Positions 11,454-21,541 of a stretch of DNA of 49,853 nt are shown in pieces. How positions within the stretch are numbered: the first letter of the stretch is position 1; each line of letters opens with the position of its first letter. The DNA comes from an uncultured Bacilli bacterium (GTDB taxonomy: Bacteria; Bacillota_I; Bacilli_A; RF39; UBA660): positions 1 to 49,853 of the forward strand of contig CALVQQ010000003.1 in assembly GCA_944358255.1 (NCBI GenBank), written 5' to 3'. The position numbers and the translations under genes are program-made. Below the pieces are notes generated by a model. It saw only the letters and a program-made list of their open reading frames with translations, searched no databases and was not told the origin of the DNA.

Positions 11454-14400
11454 TATTCTTCACTCCCCTCATACTCTAAATCATCTAAGGCATCGTAACC
11501 TGAATTTTCCTCAAATTCATCTTCAATCTCTTCTTCTATTGTTGGCTCTTCCACAGGTTCTTCAAGTTTTGTTACATCTATTTCTTCTATTGTAACTGGT
11601 ACGTCTTCTTTATCTTCTTCTCTTTCTAGATCTCTTAAATCTTTTGTTTCGCCATCTTTAGTTATTATAGAGATATCTAAACCTAATGCTTGGAATTCTT
11701 TTATTAATACTCTAAATGATTCTGGAACTCCTGCTTGGTCAACTACTTTACCTTTTACTAATTGTTCGTAAACTTTTACTCTTCCTAATACATCATCGGA
11801 TTTTACAGTAAGTACTTCTTGTAAGATATGTGCTGCACCGTATGCATATAGTGCCCATACTTCCATTTCTCCAAATCTTTGTCCACCAAATTGGGCTTTT
11901 CCTCCAAGTGGTTGTTGTGTTACTAAACTGTATGGTCCAGTACTTCTAGCGTGTAATTTGTCATCTACCATGTGGTTAAGTTTAATCATGTACATTACAC
12001 CAACTGCAACTCTTTTATCGAATTTTTCTCCTGTTCTACCATCATATAAATCTGTTTTATAGTCTGGAGCAAGTCCAGCTTCTTTTGTCATTGCTTTTAA
12101 ATCTTCTTCAGTTGCACTGTCAAATACTGGTGTAGCAACGTGAACACCTAGTGTCTTAGCTGCCATTCCTAAATGGATTTCAAGAATTTGGCCTAAATTC
12201 ATACGTGATGGAACACCCAATGGGTTTAACATTATGTCAACTGTTCTTCCATCTGGTAAATATGGCATATCTTCTTCTGGTAATACTAGTGATACAACAC
12301 CTTTATTACCATATCTTCCTGCCATTTTGTCACCAACTTGCATTTTTCTCTTTTGTATTAAGTATACTCTTATTACTTTTAATACTCCTGCTGGTAATTC
12401 ATCTGAATTTTCTTTTGTAAATACTTGAATATCATGTACAATTCCTGCACTTCCATGTGGTACTCTTAATGATGTATCTCTAACTTCTCTAGTTTTTTCA
12501 CCAAATATTGCATGTAAAAGCTTTTCTTCACTTGATAATTCTTGCATTCCTTTTGGTGTTATTTTACCAACTAATATATCATTTTCTTTTACTTCAGTAC
12601 CAATACGTACAATTCCGTTTTCATCAAGATTTTTTCTTGCTTCTTCACTGACATTTGGTATATCTCTTGTGAATTCTTCTGGTCCAAGTTTCGTATCACG
12701 TATTTCTACTTCTTTCATTTCAATGTGAATTGAAGTTAATACGTCATCTTTTACTATTCTTTCATTTAATATTACAGCATCTTCATAGTTATAACCATTA
12801 AATGTCATAAATGCTACTAAAAGGTTTTTACCTAATGCGATTTCTCCCATGTCAGTAGATGGTCCATCAGCTATGACCATTCCAGCTTTTATTTCTTCGC
12901 CTTTTTTAACTATTGGTCTTTGATTATAACATGTTTCTGCGTTACTTCTTTCATAATTTATTAATTCGTATTCAGTTTTTCCTTTAGAATTTTTAATTAT
13001 TATTTTCTTTGAATCAACATAATCTACTATACCATCTTCTTTTGCTACTACAACTGCTCCTGAATCTTTTGCAACTTGTGCTTCTACTCCTGTACCTATA
13101 ATAGGTGCTTCAGGTTTTAATAGTGGCACTGCTTGACGTTGCATGTTTGCTCCCATAAGTGCACGGTTAGCATCGTTGTGTTCCAAGAATGGTATCATGC
13201 TTGTAGTAACAGATACGATTTGTGATGGGCTTACATCTGTATAATCAACTTGTTCTTTCTTTACAATTAAGTTATCGCCTTTAAATCTTACTGGTACGCT
13301 TTCTTCTGTTATTTCATTTCTTCCATTTACATCTATTGTTGCTGGAGCGATATAGTAGTCTTCTTCTTCGTCAGCTGTCATGTATACTATTTCGTCTGTT
13401 AATTTACCATTTTTTACTTTTCTATATGGAGTCATGATAAATCCATACTCATTTACTTTTGCGTATCCTGCAAGGGATGTAATTAAGCCAATGTTTTGTC
13501 CTTCTGGTGTTTCAATTGGACAAATTCTTCCGTAATGGCTTGGATTAACGTCACGTACTTCCATTCCAGCACGATCTCTTGATAATCCACCAGGCCCTAA
13601 TGCACTTAATCTTCTCTTATCGTTAAGTTCTGCGATTGGGTTTATTTGATCCATAAATTTTGATAATTGGCTGCTTCCAAAGAATTCTTTTAATGCTGCT
13701 GTAACTGGTCTTATATTTATTAAACTTTTTGGTGTTACTGAGTCAATTTCTTGTGTAGTCATTCTTTCTCTAATGACTCTTTCCATTCTTACTATTCCAA
13801 TTCTGAATTGATTTTGAATTAATTCACCACTTTGTCTAACACGCCTGTTTCCTAAATGGTCAATTTCATCTATGTTACCAACACCATAATGTAAGTTCAT
13901 ATAATATGAAATTGATGCATATATATCGCTTATTGTAAGTCTCTTAACGTCTATGCTTTGATCGTTACCAATTACTTTTATTATTTTCTTTGAGTCATCA
14001 TTTGCATATACTAAAACTTCTTGAACTTTGTTATAAGAGTCAAGTTCTTCATTTATCTTTACTTCTTTTAATCCGTATCCAGCTGCAAATATTGGTTTTA
14101 AAGTTTCTAGTAATTCTTTAGTTATTACTGTACCTTTACTAACTATAACATTGCCTTTTTCATCTTTTATGTCTTGGGCAATTTTGTTATTAAGTAATCT
14201 ATCTATAACATTAAGTTTTTTATTGAATTTATAACGCCCAACTTTTGCTAAATCATACCTAAAACTATCAAAAAATCTTACGATTAATTGGTTTTTAGCT
14301 GAATCTAAAGTTGCAGGCTCACCTGGTCTTAATTTTTCATATATCTCTATTAATGCTTCATCAGTATTTTTAGTGCTATCTTTTGCTATTGTATTTTCTA

Positions 14401-15049
14401 AATATTCATCTTTTCCAAATACTTTGTATATATCTTCTTCATTACTAAGACCTAATGCTCTTAAAAATGTTGTTATTGTTACTTTTCTTGTTCTATCAAT
14501 TCTTACATATAAAATCCCTCGAGCATCTAATTCGTACTCAAGCCATGTACCTTTACTAGGAATTACTTCACTAGATATTATATGTCTTCCATTTTTATCT
14601 ATTTCGTTTTTAAAATATATACTAGGTGAACGCACTAATTGACTGTTAATAACTCTTTCTACTCCATTAACGATAAAACTACCATTTTCAGTCATTAATG
14701 GCATATCTCCTAAATATACTTCTTGTTCTTTAACTTCTCCTGTTTCATTTATGAAAAGTCTTGCTTGCACTTTTAAAGGTGCTGCATATGTAACTCTTCT
14801 TTCTTTGCTTTCTTTAACAGTGTATCTTGGTTTATCAAATGAATACTCTCCAAGTTCAAGTGATAAACTTCCTGAGAAACTTTCAACTGGGAAAATATCG
14901 TCGAATACCTCTTTTATTCCTTCCTCTAGAAATCTCTTATATGAGTCTTTTTGTATCTCTAATAAGTTTGATAATTCTAGTCTATTCTTTAGTTTTGAGA
15001 AATTTCTTCTTTCTCTATGGTCTCCAAATTTTTCTACTTTGTAAGCCAC
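11453..15049 (-). CDS. rpoB: DNA-directed RNA polymerase subunit beta
   Basis: 1198 aa. Conserved rpoB blocks ([18 protein letters not shown]-like [23 protein letters not shown]). GTG start after GGGGTG. The stop overlaps the rpoC start by 1 nt (TAATG). Long acidic C-terminal tail. Confidence 0.98.
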   Translation of the reverse strand: MAYKVEKFGDHRERRNFSKLKNRLELSNLLEIQKDSYKRFLEEGIKEVFDDIFPVESFSGSLSLELGEYSFDKPRYTVKESKERRVTYAAPLKVQARLFINETGEVKEQEVYLGDMPLMTENGSFIVNGVERVINSQLVRSPSIYFKNEIDKNGRHIISSEVIPSKGTWLEYELDARGILYVRIDRTRKVTITTFLRALGLSNEEDIYKVFGKDEYLENTIAKDSTKNTDEALIEIYEKLRPGEPATLDSAKNQLIVRFFDSFRYDLAKVGRYKFNKKLNVIDRLLNNKIAQDIKDEKGNVIVSKGTVITKELLETLKPIFAAGYGLKEVKINEELDSYNKVQEVLVYANDDSKKIIKVIGNDQSIDVKRLTISDIYASISYYMNLHYGVGNIDEIDHLGNRRVRQSGELIQNQFRIGIVRMERVIRERMTTQEIDSVTPKSLINIRPVTAALKEFFGSSQLSKFMDQINPIAELNDKRRLSALGPGGLSRDRAGMEVRDVNPSHYGRICPIETPEGQNIGLITSLAGYAKVNEYGFIMTPYRKVKNGKLTDEIVYMTADEEEDYYIAPATIDVNGRNEITEESVPVRFKGDNLIVKKEQVDYTDVSPSQIVSVTTSMIPFLEHNDANRALMGANMQRQAVPLLKPEAPIIGTGVEAQVAKDSGAVVVAKEDGIVDYVDSKKIIIKNSKGKTEYELINYERSNAETCYNQRPIVKKGEEIKAGMVIADGPSTDMGEIALGKNLLVAFMTFNGYNYEDAVILNERIVKDDVLTSIHIEMKEVEIRDTKLGPEEFTRDIPNVSEEARKNLDENGIVRIGTEVKENDILVGKITPKGMQELSSEEKLLHAIFGEKTREVRDTSLRVPHGSAGIVHDIQVFTKENSDELPAGVLKVIRVYLIQKRKMQVGDKMAGRYGNKGVVSLVLPEEDMPYLPDGRTVDIMLNPLGVPSRMNLGQILEIHLGMAAKTLGVHVATPVFDSATEEDLKAMTKEAGLAPDYKTDLYDGRTGEKFDKRVAVGVMYMIKLNHMVDDKLHARSTGPYSLVTQQPLGGKAQFGGQRFGEMEVWALYAYGAAHILQEVLTVKSDDVLGRVKVYEQLVKGKVVDQAGVPESFRVLIKEFQALGLDISIITKDGETKDLRDLEREEDKEDVPVTIEEIDVTKLEEPVEEPTIEEEIEDEFEENSGYDALDDLEYEGSEE

Positions 15050-15137
15050 TTTTTCACCCCAATTCTATAGTTTTAAAAGAACATGTAATTTTATAAAAAA
15101 TTATGTGTTGCCAATTTATAATGTTAGCAAACATTTT

Positions 15138-15737
15138 TCAATTTGTCAACGCAAAATCTGCTTTATAAATATAATATCCTCTTTGTTTTTCTATTAATTT
15201 TATATTATAGTTTTCTTTTAATTCTTTTTCTATTGTTTTAGCACCTTGATCTTTTCTAACTACAAACCAAAGTTCTCCATTTGGTTTTAAGTATTTATGT
15301 GCTTCTTTTAATATCGTCATGTAAATTTTTTTGCCCGCTCGTATAGGTGGATTTGTTATTATAACGTCAAATTTGTTTGTTATTTTTTCGTAAATGTTGC
15401 TTTCGTAAATTTTACTCTTTGTTTTATTTTCTTTATTATTCATTTCAGTTAAATGTAATGCACGTTTATTGACGTCAACTTGTTCAATTTCTTGTCCTTT
15501 TATTTTGTTTATTACTATGCCTATAACTCCGTATCCACAACCTATATCGAGAACATTTCCTGTTTTTTTGCTGTTATCTAAATATGTTTTTATTAATAAA
15601 TCTGTTCCATAATCTACTGTAGATTTGGAAAATACTCCGTTGTCAGTATAGAACACAAAAGAAGTATTTTTAACTGTGTATTCAATACTTCTTAAATTGC
15701 TTTTTAAATTTTCATTATTTGTAAAATAGTGTTCCAT
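15138..15737 (-). CDS. Class I SAM-dependent methyltransferase (RsmC/YbxB-like small-domain rRNA methyltransferase)
   Basis: 199 aa. AdoMet motif VLDIGCGYGVIG and IITNPPIRAGK (NPP[FIH] motif). It lies between rplL and rpoB, as ybxB does in Bacillus. Confidence 0.75.
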   Translation of the reverse strand: MEHYFTNNENLKSNLRSIEYTVKNTSFVFYTDNGVFSKSTVDYGTDLLIKTYLDNSKKTGNVLDIGCGYGVIGIVINKIKGQEIEQVDVNKRALHLTEMNNKENKTKSKIYESNIYEKITNKFDVIITNPPIRAGKKIYMTILKEAHKYLKPNGELWFVVRKDQGAKTIEKELKENYNIKLIEKQRGYYIYKADFALTN

Positions 15738-15758
15738 ATTATCCCCTTTTTATAAACG

Positions 15759-15788
15759 CAAAAAAGCCTATTTTAATAGGCTATTTTA
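15759..15788 (-). terminator. Intrinsic terminator/attenuator after rplL
   Basis: Stem AGCCTA/TAGGCT (15765-15782) followed on the minus strand by TTTTTT. Confidence 0.7.
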
Positions 15789-15790
15789 AT

Positions 15791-16159
15791 TTATGCTAAT
15801 TCTACTGTTGCGCCAGCTTCTTCTAATTTAGCTTTAATATCGTTTGCTTCTTCAGCAGGAACGTTTTCTTTAACATTTCCTCCAGCATCAGCTATATCTT
15901 TTGCTTCTTTTAGTCCAAGACCAGTTATTTCTCTAATTACTTTAATAACTTGTAATTTAGCTGCTCCAGCATCTTTTAAAACTACTGTTTTGTTTCCTCC
16001 ATCTTCTTCTACTGCTGCTTGAACTGGTGCTGCTGCTACTGCAACTGCACTTGGGTCAACTCCTAATTCTTCTTTCATTAAATCTACTAGTTCTTTTACT
16101 TCTAGAACTGTCATTTCTTTTACTGCGTCTAAGATTTCTCTACTTGTTAATTTTGCCAT
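15791..16159 (-). CDS. rplL: 50S ribosomal protein L7/L12
   Basis: 122 aa. Ala-rich hinge and the C-terminal KVIREITGLGLKEAKD motif. Confidence 0.96.
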   Translation of the reverse strand: MAKLTSREILDAVKEMTVLEVKELVDLMKEELGVDPSAVAVAAAPVQAAVEEDGGNKTVVLKDAGAAKLQVIKVIREITGLGLKEAKDIADAGGNVKENVPAEEANDIKAKLEEAGATVELA

Positions 16160-16659
16160 TATTTTTCTCCTCCTTCTAATTTTTCAGCATATAAATTTAA
16201 TGCTATACTTAAATTTTTAACGTGTTCAATAAGTCCACCTGCAAACATTGTAAGTAATCCTTCATAGCTTGGTATGCTTGCGTATTCTTTTATTACATCT
16301 AATCCAACTACATTGCCATCAATATAACCTGCTTTTATTTTTAAACTTTCGTTTCCTTTAGCAAATTCGCTGACAGTCTTTATTGGTTCGATGATGTCTT
16401 TAGAAAAAACGTAAACGTTTGGCCCAGCCATAAATTCACTTAGTTCTATTTTTTTGTCTTTTAAAGCTAAATCCATTAATGTGTTTTTATATACTTTGAT
16501 GCTACTTCCACCAGCTTTTAATTCGTTTCTTAATTTAGAAAAATCTGCTACTGATAGTCCTTGATTTTCAAGTAATAAAAACGTACTAGAATTGTTAAGT
16601 TTATCTATGATTTCATTAACAACTTCTTTTTTAGCATTTAAATTTTTCTCGCTTGCCAT
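16159..16659 (-). CDS. rplJ: 50S ribosomal protein L10
   Basis: 166 aa. Sits upstream of rplL with a 1-nt overlap. L10-like sequence throughout. Confidence 0.95.
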   Translation of the reverse strand: MASEKNLNAKKEVVNEIIDKLNNSSTFLLLENQGLSVADFSKLRNELKAGGSSIKVYKNTLMDLALKDKKIELSEFMAGPNVYVFSKDIIEPIKTVSEFAKGNESLKIKAGYIDGNVVGLDVIKEYASIPSYEGLLTMFAGGLIEHVKNLSIALNLYAEKLEGGEK

Positions 16660-16763
16660 TTTTCCTCCTTATAAATATTAAAACTCACCTTACACGAGTG
16701 AGCTTACTTAAAAGATAAGTTCCTCGGTAGGGTTTACTTCTGACCTACTGTCTTCGGTTCTTC
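16660..16763 (-). promoter_or_regulatory. rplJ leader, probably the L10(L12)4-binding autoregulatory leader
   Basis: A structured 5' UTR of about 100 nt. The minus-strand read ...GAACCGAAGACAGUAGGUCAGAAGUAAACCCUACCGAGGAAC... contains paired segments CCGAAGACAGUAGG/CCUACCGAGG in the position where Firmicutes carry the L10 leader. Confidence 0.55.
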
Positions 16764-16769
16764 TTCAAT

Positions 16770-16798
16770 ATTGTATTATATTTTTATTTAATTGTCAA
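16770..16798 (-). promoter_or_regulatory. Promoter for rplJ-rplL
   Basis: Minus strand TTGACA - 17 nt - TACAAT. The -35 box overlaps the end of rplA. Confidence 0.5.
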
Positions 16799-17483
16799 AA
16801 GAATTTTTATCGATTTTTATTCCAGGACCCATAGTACTTGAAATACTAATGTTTTTGATAAATATTCCTTTAACTCCACTTGGCTTAATTTTGATTAAGT
16901 TACGTATGAATGCAACTAAGTTTTCTTCAAGTGCTTTTTCTGTAAATGATACTTTTCCTATGATTGAATGAACATTTCCATAACTGTCAGCTTTGAATTC
17001 AATCATACCTTTTTTAACATTTTCTATTGCTTCTTTTACGTTTGTTGTAACTGTTCCTGTTTTAGGATTTGGCATTAAACCTTTTGGTCCTAAAACCTTT
17101 CCTAATTTTCCTAAGCTTGCCATCATATCAGGTGTTGCTATAATTACATCAAAATCAAACCAATTTTCTTTTTCGATTTTTTCAATCATGTCAACGTCAC
17201 CTACATAATCAGCTCCGGCTGCTTTTGCATCTTCTTGTGAAGTCTTTGTTACAACTAAAATTTTCTTTGTTTTTCCAGTACCATTTGGTAAAACAAATGA
17301 ACTTCTTACTTGTTGATCACCTTTTGTTGTATCTATGTTTAAATTAACTGCTACTTCTACAGTCTCATCAAATTTTCTCTTTGATAATGATTTTACTAAT
17401 TTTATCGCCTCAGATACTGTGTACTCTTTATCTTTTTCCACATTTTCTCTAGCTTCCACATAAATACGTCCATGTTTTTTCAT
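16788..17483 (-). CDS. rplA: 50S ribosomal protein L1
   Basis: 231 aa. L1 sequence throughout (FDETVEVAVNL, LGPKGLMPNPKTGTVT). Confidence 0.96.
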   Translation of the reverse strand: MKKHGRIYVEARENVEKDKEYTVSEAIKLVKSLSKRKFDETVEVAVNLNIDTTKGDQQVRSSFVLPNGTGKTKKILVVTKTSQEDAKAAGADYVGDVDMIEKIEKENWFDFDVIIATPDMMASLGKLGKVLGPKGLMPNPKTGTVTTNVKEAIENVKKGMIEFKADSYGNVHSIIGKVSFTEKALEENLVAFIRNLIKIKPSGVKGIFIKNISISSTMGPGIKIDKNSFDN

Positions 17484-17518
17484 TTTTTCCCTCCTTTATG
17501 TGGTGTATTTTGGATTTA

Positions 17519-18121
17519 TTATTCCTCGCTTGTTTCATTTTCGTCTTTTTGTTCTGTTGATTCTACTTCTGGCATATCTGCATCAGCCATTGCTTTAGCT
17601 TGTGCTTCCATCTCTTCAAGTTCTGCATCTAGTTTAGCCATTTCTGCTTCAGCTTCTTTTGCTTCTTCAGCTTGTTCTGCTAATTCTGCATCATTTAATC
17701 CTTTAACAGCAATCCCCATGTTTCTTGCTGTTCCTGCAACTATTCTCATCGCTGCTTCAATATCATTTGTGTTTAAGTCTGGTAATTTTATTTCAGCTAC
17801 TTTTCTTAAATCATCTTTTGTTATTGTTGCAACTATGTCGTTTGCTCCTTTGACACTACCTTTTTGTATTCCAGCTACTTCAAGTAATAAACTTGGAGTT
17901 GGTGGAGTTTTTAAAACAAAGTCAAATGATCTATCTTCATATACGCTGATTTCAACTGGAACTATACTTCCCATTTTATCTTTTGTTGCATCGTTGTATT
18001 TTGTACAGAATTCATTTAAGTTTATTCCAACAGGCCCTAACATTGTTCCAACTGGTGGAGCTGGTGTTGCTTTACCCGCAGGTAGTTGTAATTTGATTAC
18101 TTTTTCAACTTTTTTTGCCAC
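17519..18121 (-). CDS. rplK: 50S ribosomal protein L11 with a C-terminal acidic extension of about 60 aa
   Basis: [29 protein letters not shown]... is canonical L11. The likely start is the GTG at 18121, 8 nt after AGGAGG (18130-18135). The ORF-track start at 18130 lies inside the RBS. The homology normally ends near ...[10 protein letters not shown], but this ORF continues for about 60 Ala/Glu-rich residues. Confidence 0.9.
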   Translation of the reverse strand: MAKKVEKVIKLQLPAGKATPAPPVGTMLGPVGINLNEFCTKYNDATKDKMGSIVPVEISVYEDRSFDFVLKTPPTPSLLLEVAGIQKGSVKGANDIVATITKDDLRKVAEIKLPDLNTNDIEAAMRIVAGTARNMGIAVKGLNDAELAEQAEEAKEAEAEMAKLDAELEEMEAQAKAMADADMPEVESTEQKDENETSEE

Positions 18122-18260
18122 GAAAAACACCTCCTATTTATCAGTTTATTTTTTCGCGAGTGGTTTTAATGATAACCCAAAAAATCTCCCACTTTTTTAG
18201 TATATATATTAAAATATATAACTCGTTTTTAATATTAACACATTTTTTTCGGTTTTACAA

Positions 18261-18800
18261 TTAATTTTTACTTATTTGCAATAATTCAACTTCGACAGGT
18301 GTTTCTTGACCGAATAAGTCTATTAATACAGTTAATTTGTTGTTTTCTAAATCTATGCTTTCTATTTTTCCGTACATTCCTTTAAATGGTCCATCTATAA
18401 TTGTAACACTGTCTCCTTCTTTTAAGTCTGCTTCTATGTCTACTCTACTCATTCCTTCATTGATTAGAATCTTATCTATTTCTTGTGGTGATAATGGAAT
18501 AGGTTTTGCGCCTTTACCACTCGAACCAATAAATCCTGTTACGCCTGGAGTATTTCTTACTGCATACCAAGCTTCATCACTCATTATCATTTCTACTAAT
18601 ACGTATCCAGGAAACATTTTTTTAATTTTTTCCTTTTTAACTCCATCTTTTATTTCAACTTCCTTTTGCTCTGGAACGATTACTCTAAAAATGTTATTTT
18701 CCATACCCATTGACTGTGCTCTCATAAGTAAGTTATCTCTTACTTTACTTTCATGTCCCGAATATGTATTTACTACATACCATAATTTTTGTTCTTCCAT
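18261..18800 (-). CDS. nusG: Transcription termination/antitermination factor NusG
   Basis: 179 aa. NGN domain (WYVVNTYSGHE) and KOW motif (GDSVTIIDGPFKGMYGKI). Confidence 0.95.
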   Translation of the reverse strand: MEEQKLWYVVNTYSGHESKVRDNLLMRAQSMGMENNIFRVIVPEQKEVEIKDGVKKEKIKKMFPGYVLVEMIMSDEAWYAVRNTPGVTGFIGSSGKGAKPIPLSPQEIDKILINEGMSRVDIEADLKEGDSVTIIDGPFKGMYGKIESIDLENNKLTVLIDLFGQETPVEVELLQISKN

Positions 18801-18979
18801 TAGTTAATCAATCCTTTCAAAAAAGCAAATAATACATCTAATCCATAAAAGAATGCAGCAAAGAATACTAGCATTACTACAACTACAACGGAATATGTTA
18901 TAGTTTCTTTCATTGTTAACCATTTAGTTTTCTGTGCTTCTTTTTTTACACCTCTAAAAAACGCTTTGATTTTTTTCAT
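18800..18979 (-). CDS. secE: Preprotein translocase subunit SecE
   Basis: 59-aa version MKKIKAFFRGVKKEAQKTKW... with a single TM helix. ATG at 18979 is preceded by GGGAGG-taaa. The 81-aa ORF-track version would run into the promoter. 1-nt overlap with nusG. Confidence 0.85.
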   Translation of the reverse strand: MKKIKAFFRGVKKEAQKTKWLTMKETITYSVVVVVMLVFFAAFFYGLDVLFAFLKGLIN

Positions 18980-19016
18980 TTTACCTCCCATAAAAAAAAC
19001 ACCTACGTGTACAAAC

Positions 19017-19045
19017 ATATTAGCATATTTTATATAATCTTTCAA
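19017..19045 (-). promoter_or_regulatory. Promoter for secE-nusG
   Basis: Minus strand TTGAAA - 17 nt - TAATAT. Confidence 0.5.
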
Positions 19046-19086
19046 GGGATTTCAAAATATTTCTAAACAAAATAAAAAGAGTATAT

Positions 19087-19197
19087 TTACTCATATCTAG
19101 TTGTTTTAAAAAATTTACTCTCTTTATCAAACAATTCTCTTTTATTATCAGACATATAACTTCTTAACTTACTAAGCGTAACATTTTTTACATTCAT
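19087..19197 (-). CDS. Possible small basic protein (36 aa), unknown function
   Basis: MNVKNVTLSKLRSYMSDNKRELFDKESKFFKTTRYE. GGGTG lies 5 nt upstream of the ATG. A hairpin GAGTA-aata-TACTC plus T-run overlaps the stop codon. No recognisable family; it is not L33. Confidence 0.3.
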   Translation of the reverse strand: MNVKNVTLSKLRSYMSDNKRELFDKESKFFKTTRYE

Positions 19198-19229
19198 ATT
19201 AACACCCAGTAATATTTTATACAATTATT

Positions 19230-20405
19230 TTATAAATATTCACTAATCTCCTTTTTAATTGGAACTTTAATAATCAAAATATCTTCTATTGCTTTATCAA
19301 TCAAATTAAAATCAAATTTTTCTTCCTCAGAACGAATCACATCAAGTTTCGGATTAATTACGGGATGTTTAGGAACAAAAACAGTACAACAGTCTTCATA
19401 AGGCAAAATACTTATATCATACGAACCAATTTTCTTAGCAATATCAATTATTTCCAATTTATCATACGTTGCAAGAGGTCTAATAATAGGAAAAGTTGTA
19501 ACATCATTTACTGCTTTAATACTAGTTAAAGTTTGACTAGCAACTTGTCCAATGTTTTCACCATTAATTATTGCAGTTGCTCCTATATTTTCAGCTAACT
19601 TTTCTGCTATTCTATACATCATGCGTCTCATAAACGTAATCAAATAATCACTTTTCATATTCTTATAAATATATTCCTGTATATTAGTAAAATTAACGAC
19701 ATAAACATTACCAACATTACCATAATTACACAATATATTTGCAAGATTTATAACCTTATTTCTAGCTTCTAGGCTAGTATGAGGAATACTTTCAAAGTAT
19801 ACAAAATCCAAACTAACTCCCCTTTTAATTGACAAATAACCTGCGACGACACTATCTATCCCACCGCTTAACATAAGAAGCGCTCTACCCATAGTTCCGA
19901 TTGGATATCCATTCATACCCGCATGACTTTCATAATAAAGATAAACAGCTTCTCTTCTTATCTCAACATTTAAAATAATATCGGGATTATGAACATCTAC
20001 AGAAATACCTTTTATATTTTTTAAAACAGCAGATCCCACAATTCTACTAACTTCATCACTTTTAATTTCATAGGACTTATCACTTCTATTAGTCTCAATT
20101 TTAAATGTTTTAAAACTAACATCACTTAAAACATCAACAGCAGATTTACAAATACTATCAATACCAGTATCATTTACTTTATAAGCAACGACAATTCCAT
20201 GAATACCAAAAACACTTTTTAATTTATCTAAAACCATATAAATATCATCAGTATGAATAAACATTCTATAATAATCTTTTTCAATTTTATAATCTATCCC
20301 AGCTAATTTATTTTCAATTGATTTAACTAAAAAATTAATAAAATAATTTCTATTATCCTTTTTAGTCGTAAGTTCTCCATACTTTATTAGCAAAAGTTTT
20401 TCCAT
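19230..20405 (-). CDS. thiI: tRNA 4-thiouridine synthase ThiI
   Basis: 391 aa. THUMP-type N-terminal half and PP-loop LMLSGGIDSVVAG. Confidence 0.9.
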   Translation of the reverse strand: MEKLLLIKYGELTTKKDNRNYFINFLVKSIENKLAGIDYKIEKDYYRMFIHTDDIYMVLDKLKSVFGIHGIVVAYKVNDTGIDSICKSAVDVLSDVSFKTFKIETNRSDKSYEIKSDEVSRIVGSAVLKNIKGISVDVHNPDIILNVEIRREAVYLYYESHAGMNGYPIGTMGRALLMLSGGIDSVVAGYLSIKRGVSLDFVYFESIPHTSLEARNKVINLANILCNYGNVGNVYVVNFTNIQEYIYKNMKSDYLITFMRRMMYRIAEKLAENIGATAIINGENIGQVASQTLTSIKAVNDVTTFPIIRPLATYDKLEIIDIAKKIGSYDISILPYEDCCTVFVPKHPVINPKLDVIRSEEEKFDFNLIDKAIEDILIIKVPIKKEISEYL

Positions 20406-20414
20406 AAAATCACC

Positions 20415-21539
20415 TTACTTTTTAAGTAAAAGTTCATCATAAACTTTATAAAAAATTCTAATAAACTCATTTATCTCCAATTTTGTTGTAAAATGACTTA
20501 AACTAATCCTAATACTAGTAGTATTTATTGTTTTATCATCTGTGACAGCCTTTAGCACGGTACTACTTTCCAAACTTGAGCAAGCAGTATTGGTCGAAAT
20601 ATAAACTTCATATTTTTCAAGCGATCTAACAAAGGTTTCACTTCTAATACACTTTAAACTCAAATTAACTATATGAGGAACACACAAATTATTAGAATTG
20701 ATATGAATTCTGTCATCATTAAGTCCACTTACTAAAAGTTCATTTAATTTAGTAACTTTTTTAATATTATTTTCCAAATTTTCATTCATAATTCTCATAG
20801 CCTTAGCCAAACTTACAATTAATGGAAGTGGTGGTGTTCCACCTCTAAACTTAGCATTTTCAGTTAAGCCCCAAATTAAAGGCTCAATTTCAACCTTTTT
20901 AGATTTATACAAAATACCTATTCCCTTAGGGGCATAAATCTTATGACCAGAAAAACTTGCAAGATCAACATCATTTAAATTTACTTTAATTTTTCCTAAT
21001 GCCTGAGTCATATCTGAATGAAACAATACATTACTATTTTTCTTATTAATAACCTGGCGTATAGTTTTAAGAGGTGCGCGATAACCGACTTCACTATTCA
21101 CCGCACAAATAGACACTAAAATTGTATCATCTCTAACCAAAGACTCTAAATCTTTCAAATCAACTTGACCATCAGAAGTTAATTTAACATAACTTACTTC
21201 AAAACCACATATTTCCAAATATTTTAAAGTATCCAAAACACTTTTATGTTCCAGAGGACTACTTATAATATGTTTACCTCTCCTGCAATGCTTAAAAGCA
21301 ACGCCCTTTAAAGCAGTACTATTACTCTCACTTGCCCCACTAGTATAAACAATCTCATTTGGTTCACAATTTAATATCTCACTAATCTGTTTAGTAGCTT
21401 TCAACAACAATTCCTTACTTCTAACGCCCAAATTATGAATACTATTAGCATTACCTATAAAATCTTTAGTAACGTGCACATAACTATCAAGCACTTCATC
21501 AATAACTGGCGTCGTAGCCGAATAATCCAAATAAATCAT
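20415..21539 (-). CDS. iscS: Cysteine desulfurase (NifS/IscS/NifZ family, class V aminotransferase)
   Basis: 374 aa. PLP-lysine motif SFSGHKIYAPKGIG and catalytic-Cys region STNTACSS. Paired with thiI, as nifZ-thiI is in Bacillus. Confidence 0.88.
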   Translation of the reverse strand: MIYLDYSATTPVIDEVLDSYVHVTKDFIGNANSIHNLGVRSKELLLKATKQISEILNCEPNEIVYTSGASESNSTALKGVAFKHCRRGKHIISSPLEHKSVLDTLKYLEICGFEVSYVKLTSDGQVDLKDLESLVRDDTILVSICAVNSEVGYRAPLKTIRQVINKKNSNVLFHSDMTQALGKIKVNLNDVDLASFSGHKIYAPKGIGILYKSKKVEIEPLIWGLTENAKFRGGTPPLPLIVSLAKAMRIMNENLENNIKKVTKLNELLVSGLNDDRIHINSNNLCVPHIVNLSLKCIRSETFVRSLEKYEVYISTNTACSSLESSTVLKAVTDDKTINTTSIRISLSHFTTKLEINEFIRIFYKVYDELLLKK

Positions 21540-21541
21540 AA

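Noticed and set aside
7346-15096. Many 60-130-aa ORFs on the + strand across frr, rpoC and rpoB.
   Set aside because: All lie antisense to long, unmistakable housekeeping genes. Their hydrophobic, low-complexity translations are typical shadow ORFs in AT-rich DNA.
17472-18200. 242-aa ORF on the + strand, Ser/Ala-rich, the longest unexplained ORF in the track.
   Set aside because: It is exactly antisense to rplK. Its low-complexity SSA composition is the mirror of the Ala/Glu-rich L11 tail codons (GCT/GAA read backwards). It has no RBS, and the sense strand carries an unambiguous ribosomal protein.
18131-18260. Possible L1-binding leader or nusG terminator in the 130-nt nusG-rplK spacer (stem AGTGG/CCACT).
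   Set aside because: There is only a 5-bp stem and no U-run, and I cannot recognise an L1-stalk mimic by eye. The evidence is too weak to annotate.
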